Source: an uncultured virus (IMG/VR IMGVR_UViG_3300020379_000310)
Lineage: Duplodnaviria > Heunggongvirae > Uroviricota > Caudoviricetes
Length of the DNA stretch: 64,000 bases
IMG/VR virus record: IMGVR_UViG_3300020379_000310
Strand: one strand, 5' to 3'
This document shows positions 59,104 through 64,000 of the stretch, one piece after another. The notes under the pieces were generated by a model. It was not told the DNA's origin, ran no database searches, and saw only the letters and a program-made list of their open reading frames with translations. Position 1 is the first letter of the stretch; every line of letters starts with the position of its first letter. A program made the position numbers and the translations under genes.

Positions 59104-60060
59104 ATGGCTTTATCCACAAGACAAGGACTCATTGACTATTGTTTACGAAGGTTGGGACACCCTGTAATAGAAATCAATGTCGATGAAGACCAAATATCAG
59201 ATAGAATCGATGACGCCTTTCAACATTGGAATGAGTACCATTTCGATGGTGTCGAAAGGGCATACATCAAACATAAACTAACTGGTTCAACATTAACCTT
59301 AACTGGTAGCGCTACTTTTGAAACTGGAGAAACCATTACTGGTGGAACATCTGGTGCAAAATCAACGGTACACGAATCAAGTTCTGGTACTTCAGTAGTA
59401 TATGAAAAATCAAGTACAGCAGCTGCATTTGAGGCGAATGAGGTTATTACTGGTTCAAATTCTGGTACAACTGCTACGATACAAAGTATATCAAAGGGAG
59501 ATATAGAAAACGGATACATCCCAATAGGTAACGAAGTATTAAATATAGTTAGAGTATTTAAGTTTGGTGCATTAGTTGGTAGTAAATCAGATGGACTATT
59601 TGATGTAGATTATCAATTTGCATTGAATGACTTATATAATCTACTTTCTGCTGATATTACATACTACTCAATGGTCAAGACACACATGAATTTATTGGAA
59701 AACATTTTCAGAAATGAAAGACCCATTAGGTTCAATAGAAAAACAAACAGACTATATCTTGATACAGATATGGATGGAACATTTGACATTGATAATTACA
59801 TTGTCGCGGAGGCATATTCAATTATAGACCCCGCTACATTTACAGAAGTCTACGATGATATGTTCTTAAAAAGATATGCGACTGCTCTTATCAAGAGGCA
59901 GTGGGGCGAGAATATGAAAAAGTTTGGGGGAATCGCGTTGCCAGGCGGTGTAACACTGAATGGTGACCAGATATATGGAGAGGCAATTCAAGAAGTTTCT
60001 ATTATAGAAGATGAAATGCAAATGAAATATGAATTACCCCCAATGATGATGACAGGGTAG
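59104..60060 (+). CDS. gp13: neck protein gp13
   Basis: YCLRRLGHPVIEINVD, YHFDG, LKRYATALIKRQWGEN.KKF.GI.LPGGVTLNG. Confidence 0.95.
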   Translation: MALSTRQGLIDYCLRRLGHPVIEINVDEDQISDRIDDAFQHWNEYHFDGVERAYIKHKLTGSTLTLTGSATFETGETITGGTSGAKSTVHESSSGTSVVYEKSSTAAAFEANEVITGSNSGTTATIQSISKGDIENGYIPIGNEVLNIVRVFKFGALVGSKSDGLFDVDYQFALNDLYNLLSADITYYSMVKTHMNLLENIFRNERPIRFNRKTNRLYLDTDMDGTFDIDNYIVAEAYSIIDPATFTEVYDDMFLKRYATALIKRQWGENMKKFGGIALPGGVTLNGDQIYGEAIQEVSIIEDEMQMKYELPPMMMTG

Positions 60061-60064
60061 ATAA

Positions 60065-60817
60065 ATGGCTACAAATGTTTACTTCCAATCAGGCAATACA
60101 AGTGGTACTACTAATGAACAACGATTAGTAGAGGACTTGGTTATTGAAAGTCTAAAGATATATGGACACGATGTTCACTATATGCCTAGGACTTTGGTAA
60201 ACAGGGACACCATCTTTGATGAAGATGAGTTATCTAAGTTCACGCAACAGTATCCACTCGAAATGTATATGGAAAATGTCGAGGGATATGAGGGTGAAGG
60301 AGAACTATTTACTAGGTTTGGAATAGAAATCAGAGACCAAGCAACATTTGTTCTTTCCAAGAGAAGGTGGGAACAGATGGTTGATAGAGAAGAAGATGCT
60401 GGCGGTACATTCCAGTTGACGGCAAGACCCGCTGAGGGAGACTTGTTATACTTTCCTAAAACCAAATCTCTCTTTGAGATTAAACTAGTAGAGTTTCAAA
60501 ATCCATTCTATCAACTAGGAAAGATTTACACATTCAGACTTCAATGCGAACTCTTTGAGTACAGTTCAGAAAGATTGGATACTGGTGATACTGATATTGA
60601 TGGAATAGAAGACCTACAAAGTCTTGACATTCTACAGTTCCAGTTCCAGTTAGAGAACGGAGACTTGTTGAAACAGGAAAATAATGATACTCTAATATTA
60701 GAGAGTTTCCAAACTAGTAGAGGAAATGTTGGTGTTGACAACAAAGACTTTGATGACTGGCAGTCAGCATCGAACATACTTGATTTTACGGAAAGTAATC
60801 CATTTGGTGAGATATAA
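60065..60817 (+). CDS. gp14: neck protein gp14
   Basis: EQRLVEDLVIESLKIYG, FGIEIRD, PAEGDLLYFP, FYQLGK, DFTESNPFG. Confidence 0.95.
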   Translation: MATNVYFQSGNTSGTTNEQRLVEDLVIESLKIYGHDVHYMPRTLVNRDTIFDEDELSKFTQQYPLEMYMENVEGYEGEGELFTRFGIEIRDQATFVLSKRRWEQMVDREEDAGGTFQLTARPAEGDLLYFPKTKSLFEIKLVEFQNPFYQLGKIYTFRLQCELFEYSSERLDTGDTDIDGIEDLQSLDILQFQFQLENGDLLKQENNDTLILESFQTSRGNVGVDNKDFDDWQSASNILDFTESNPFGEI

Positions 60818-61812
60818 TGTTTAAAAATAAACAATTTTACAATCAACATACACGCAAAGCCATCATTGCATTTGGTACTATTTTTAATAATATCCAAATA
60901 AACAGGGTGAACGCGAGTAGTGTTACTGAACAAGTAGTTAGGGTTCCACTTTCTTATTCTACAAAACAAAAGTTTTTGACTAGGATTGAGGCAATTCCAG
61001 ACACGGAATCGCGTGGAGAGGTTGCAATTAGTTTGCCTCGCATGGGGTTTGAGATAGTTGGGTTTCAATATGACCCATCCAGAAAAGTCTCACCTATACA
61101 GAAAAACATAACTACATCTGGTGCAGCCACAAACTCATACAAAACAAGTTTTGTTTCCACTCCATATGACATGAACATGTCTTTGTATGTGTTCGCAAAA
61201 AATCAAGAGGATGCATTACAAATAGTAGAACAGATTTTCCCATACTTCAACCCAGACTTTAATGTGACGATAAATGATTTGCCTGAGTTGGGTATTAAAA
61301 GAGATATAAAAATAACTTTGGATAGTGTTAGTTATGAAGATACCTTTGAAGGTTCTTTTGCAGATAGACAAAGTATCAACTGGACACTAAATTTTACAAT
61401 GAAATTAAATTATTATGGATTTGTAGATAAACAGTCCTTCATTAAGAAAGCAATAGCAAATGTGTTTGAAAATGAAAACCTAGAAGGGCCTAAAGTACAA
61501 CTTGGATACTCAGTTGGAACAACACTACCAACCGCAACCGCTACTATAGGTAGTGGTTCGGTAACAGGATTTACTATAACATATGGTGGGTCTGGATATA
61601 CTAGTCCACCAAATATTACTCTTACTGGTAATGCCAGAGCTCACGCGGAACTTACAGATGGAGTAGTTACCAGTATTGTTATAGATGACGCTGGAAGTGG
61701 TTATTCAGAAGCACCTACTGTGACATTTGAGGAACCACCTAATTATAATGCAGACCCCTATAAGGATGACCCATATAGGTTCGTGGAGGAGTTTGACCAA
61801 ACTTATGTATAA
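60817..61812 (+). CDS. gp15: tail sheath stabiliser / completion protein gp15
   Basis: RKAIIAFGTIFNNI, VPLSY..KQKF, LPRMGFE, QIVEQIFPYFNP. Confidence 0.93.
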   Translation: MFKNKQFYNQHTRKAIIAFGTIFNNIQINRVNASSVTEQVVRVPLSYSTKQKFLTRIEAIPDTESRGEVAISLPRMGFEIVGFQYDPSRKVSPIQKNITTSGAATNSYKTSFVSTPYDMNMSLYVFAKNQEDALQIVEQIFPYFNPDFNVTINDLPELGIKRDIKITLDSVSYEDTFEGSFADRQSINWTLNFTMKLNYYGFVDKQSFIKKAIANVFENENLEGPKVQLGYSVGTTLPTATATIGSGSVTGFTITYGGSGYTSPPNITLTGNARAHAELTDGVVTSIVIDDAGSGYSEAPTVTFEEPPNYNADPYKDDPYRFVEEFDQTYV

Positions 61813-61814
61813 CT

Positions 61815-62258
61815 ATGCCAAAAAATAAAGTATTTGATGCACTTGATAAAACATTCAACACCGTAACTACAGAACTTGCTGAAAAGAAAGGTGGTGCTAT
61901 CACTGTGCCCGAAAAAGAGGATGAGAAACTAGATAAAGATTTTGAGGAAGCAAGAAATCTTTTGAAACGCTCTGCTGAGTATGCGGAAGAAGCTGCTCAA
62001 GGTATTTTAAATGTTGCTACCAACAGTGACAACCCTCGTGCCTATGAAGTTGCTGGACAAATTATCAAGACTATGGGTGAACAAGCCAAAGACATGATGG
62101 AAGTCCAAGAAAAGAAACACCGAATAGAAAAGAATTCGGATACACCAAAGACTATTAGTAGAACAACTAACAACTTGGTGTTTACAGGAACAACTTCAGA
62201 ACTTATGAAACAATTGAAGAAAGAAAACGAAAAAATTATAGACCATGAATCAGATTGA
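61815..62258 (+). CDS. gp16: terminase small subunit gp16
   Basis: DFEEAR, PRAYEVAGQIIK, NNLVFTGTTSEL. Confidence 0.92.
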   Translation: MPKNKVFDALDKTFNTVTTELAEKKGGAITVPEKEDEKLDKDFEEARNLLKRSAEYAEEAAQGILNVATNSDNPRAYEVAGQIIKTMGEQAKDMMEVQEKKHRIEKNSDTPKTISRTTNNLVFTGTTSELMKQLKKENEKIIDHESD

Positions 62259-63873
62259 GGCATCATATCACGGTAATCCCAACCTAAAATCAATTGGATA
62301 TGAACATGATTTTTCTAAGGAACAATTAGAAGAATTAATTAAATGTGAAAGTGACCCAGTTTATTTTATAGAGAACTACTGTCAAATTGTAACCTTGGAT
62401 AAAGGTCTACAACCTTTTAAACTGTACGACTGTCAGAAAAGAAAGGTAGATTTCATTATGAATAATCGAAAGACTATTCTTATGGAAGGTAGACAGCAAG
62501 GTAAAACAGTAACAGCAGCTGCGTGTATATTACATTATTCTATATTCAATGCAGATAAAAACATTGCTATCATGGCGAACAAAACTGCTGCTGCTCGTGA
62601 AGTATTAAACAGATATCAAACTATGTATGAGAACCTTCCTGTCTGGATGCAACAGGGTGTCAAGACATGGAACAAGGGGGATGTGGACTTAGAGAATGGT
62701 TCTCGCGTGTTTACATCTGCAACCACATCATCTGGTATTCGGGGTAAATCAGTTAACTGGTTGTACATTGATGAGGCTGCAATCATACCAAATAACATAG
62801 CAGAAGAGTTTTTTGCATCTGTATATCCTACTATCTCTGCTGGTGAGACCACGAAGATTCTTCTTACATCTACACCACTGGGATACAATCACTTCTGGAA
62901 GTTCTGGAATGAATCAGAAAAGGGTACGAATGGATTTCAAAATATGTTCATTCCCCATACTGAAATCCCAGGCCGAGATGATAACTGGGTAGAAGAACAG
63001 TTCAAGTTATTAGGTGAAGTGAAGTTTAACCAAGAGGTGTTGTGTGACTTCTTGGGGTCAACGAATACTTTGATTAGTGGTAAATCTCTTGCTACTATGT
63101 CATCAACAGACCCAGTATATAAGAAGGATGGTCTGGATATTTATGAAGAACCTCAAGAAGATAAATATTATGTGATAGCGGCTGACACTGCGAGAGGAAT
63201 AGGGGGAGATTTTTCTGCCTTTATTGTTATCGACATAACAGCGATGCCGTTTAAAGTTGTTGGTAAGTATAGAGATAATAAAGTTTCACCTTTATTGTAT
63301 CCAGACTTCATAGGAAAAGTTGCAAGAGACTACAACGATGCTTATGTTTTACTTGAGACAAATGATATAGGACAACAAGTTGTAGATATACTTCACCAAG
63401 AACTAGAGTATGAGAACATTTTTAGTACAGTACAGGAAAAAACTAAACAATATGTTTCGCCTGGCTTCGGAAAACAAAGTACTCTAGGGGTGCGAACATC
63501 AAAAGCAGTAAAAAGACAGGGATGTTTGGCACTAAAAAGTTTGATTGAGGAACAGAAGTTCTTAATATTTGATGCTGAGTGTATAAGTGAACTGTCAACT
63601 TTTGTTGAGAGGAGTGGTACATTTGCTGCTGATGAAGGATACCACGATGACCTTGCCATGTGTATGGTACTATTTGCATGGTTATCAACCAATACATTCT
63701 TTAAGGATTTGACTAATGTCGATATTCGTGACAATTTATACAATTCACAAATGAGAATGATAGAAAATGATTTAACACCATTTGGGCTTGTGGTAGACGG
63801 ACATGAACCAGAAGCAGAAGTTATGGATGGTGACTACTGGATGTTTGGTGATGAGAAAGAAAAATTTTTATAA
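62245..63873 (+). CDS. gp17: terminase large subunit gp17
   Basis: GNPNLK, RQQGKT, YIDEAA, STPLG, DTARG, HDDLAM. Confidence 0.97.
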   Translation: MNQIEASYHGNPNLKSIGYEHDFSKEQLEELIKCESDPVYFIENYCQIVTLDKGLQPFKLYDCQKRKVDFIMNNRKTILMEGRQQGKTVTAAACILHYSIFNADKNIAIMANKTAAAREVLNRYQTMYENLPVWMQQGVKTWNKGDVDLENGSRVFTSATTSSGIRGKSVNWLYIDEAAIIPNNIAEEFFASVYPTISAGETTKILLTSTPLGYNHFWKFWNESEKGTNGFQNMFIPHTEIPGRDDNWVEEQFKLLGEVKFNQEVLCDFLGSTNTLISGKSLATMSSTDPVYKKDGLDIYEEPQEDKYYVIAADTARGIGGDFSAFIVIDITAMPFKVVGKYRDNKVSPLLYPDFIGKVARDYNDAYVLLETNDIGQQVVDILHQELEYENIFSTVQEKTKQYVSPGFGKQSTLGVRTSKAVKRQGCLALKSLIEEQKFLIFDAECISELSTFVERSGTFAADEGYHDDLAMCMVLFAWLSTNTFFKDLTNVDIRDNLYNSQMRMIENDLTPFGLVVDGHEPEAEVMDGDYWMFGDEKEKFL

Positions 63874-63876
63874 ATA
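63869..63876 (+). promoter_or_regulatory. T4-type late promoter for gp18
   Basis: TATAAATA overlapping the gp17 stop codon. Confidence 0.75.
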
Positions 63877-63937
63877 ATTGTCAAGGAATAACTATTTAGT
63901 CAAGATAGATTAAAAACGAAATACGAAGGAGAACAAA

Positions 63938-64000
63938 ATGGCTTTCCAATTATCGCCTGGCGTCTTAACGAAAGAACAAGACCTTACTAATGTTGTCCCC
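63938..64000 (+). CDS. gp18: tail sheath protein gp18 (5' end, truncated by the window)
   Basis: AAGGAG RBS; MAFQLSPGVLTKEQDLTNVVP; follows gp17. Confidence 0.88.
   Translation, partial: MAFQLSPGVLTKEQDLTNVVP

Noticed and set aside
62245..63873. Possible intein or intron in the terminase
   Set aside because: Continuous ORF of ordinary length with no splicing motifs
1..64000. Stop-codon reassignment
   Set aside because: Core genes are full-length under the standard code and end in TAA, TAG and TGA

Overview
64 kb segment of an AT-rich, T4-like (Tevenvirinae-related, probably marine) myophage genome. From left to right: (1) a ~13 kb biosynthetic/modification cluster (three radical SAM enzymes with N-terminal Cys-rich domains, a SAM methyltransferase, two GT10-like proteins, a UDP-glucose/GDP-mannose dehydrogenase, a carbamoyltransferase and two SGNH-like proteins); (2) phoH, an exonuclease, a circularly permuted two-piece tmRNA gene, a SleB-type cell wall hydrolase, an NDP-sugar epimerase, gp33, gp59, gp32 and a class-B-like radical SAM gene; (3) tail, baseplate and fibre genes (tape measure, gp51, two gp26 paralogues, gp54, gp2, gp4, gp48, gp53, hub, gp5, gp25, gp6, gp7, gp8, a VrlC-like protein and fibre proteins); (4) a second glycosyltransferase/2OG-oxygenase cluster; (5) gp13, gp14, gp15, the terminase genes gp16 and gp17, and the start of gp18. 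Main observations: a phage-encoded permuted tmRNA (tag AEEDTAYEDYALAA); a probable programmed -1 frameshift fusing gp26 to gp51 just upstream of the tape measure gene, as in lambda G/GT; and a window-wide signature in which CCGG, CCWGG and GGNCC sites were found only where they overlap GGC/GCC, suggesting a GGC-specific DNA modification. All calls come from motif recognition and manual reading; no database searches were run.
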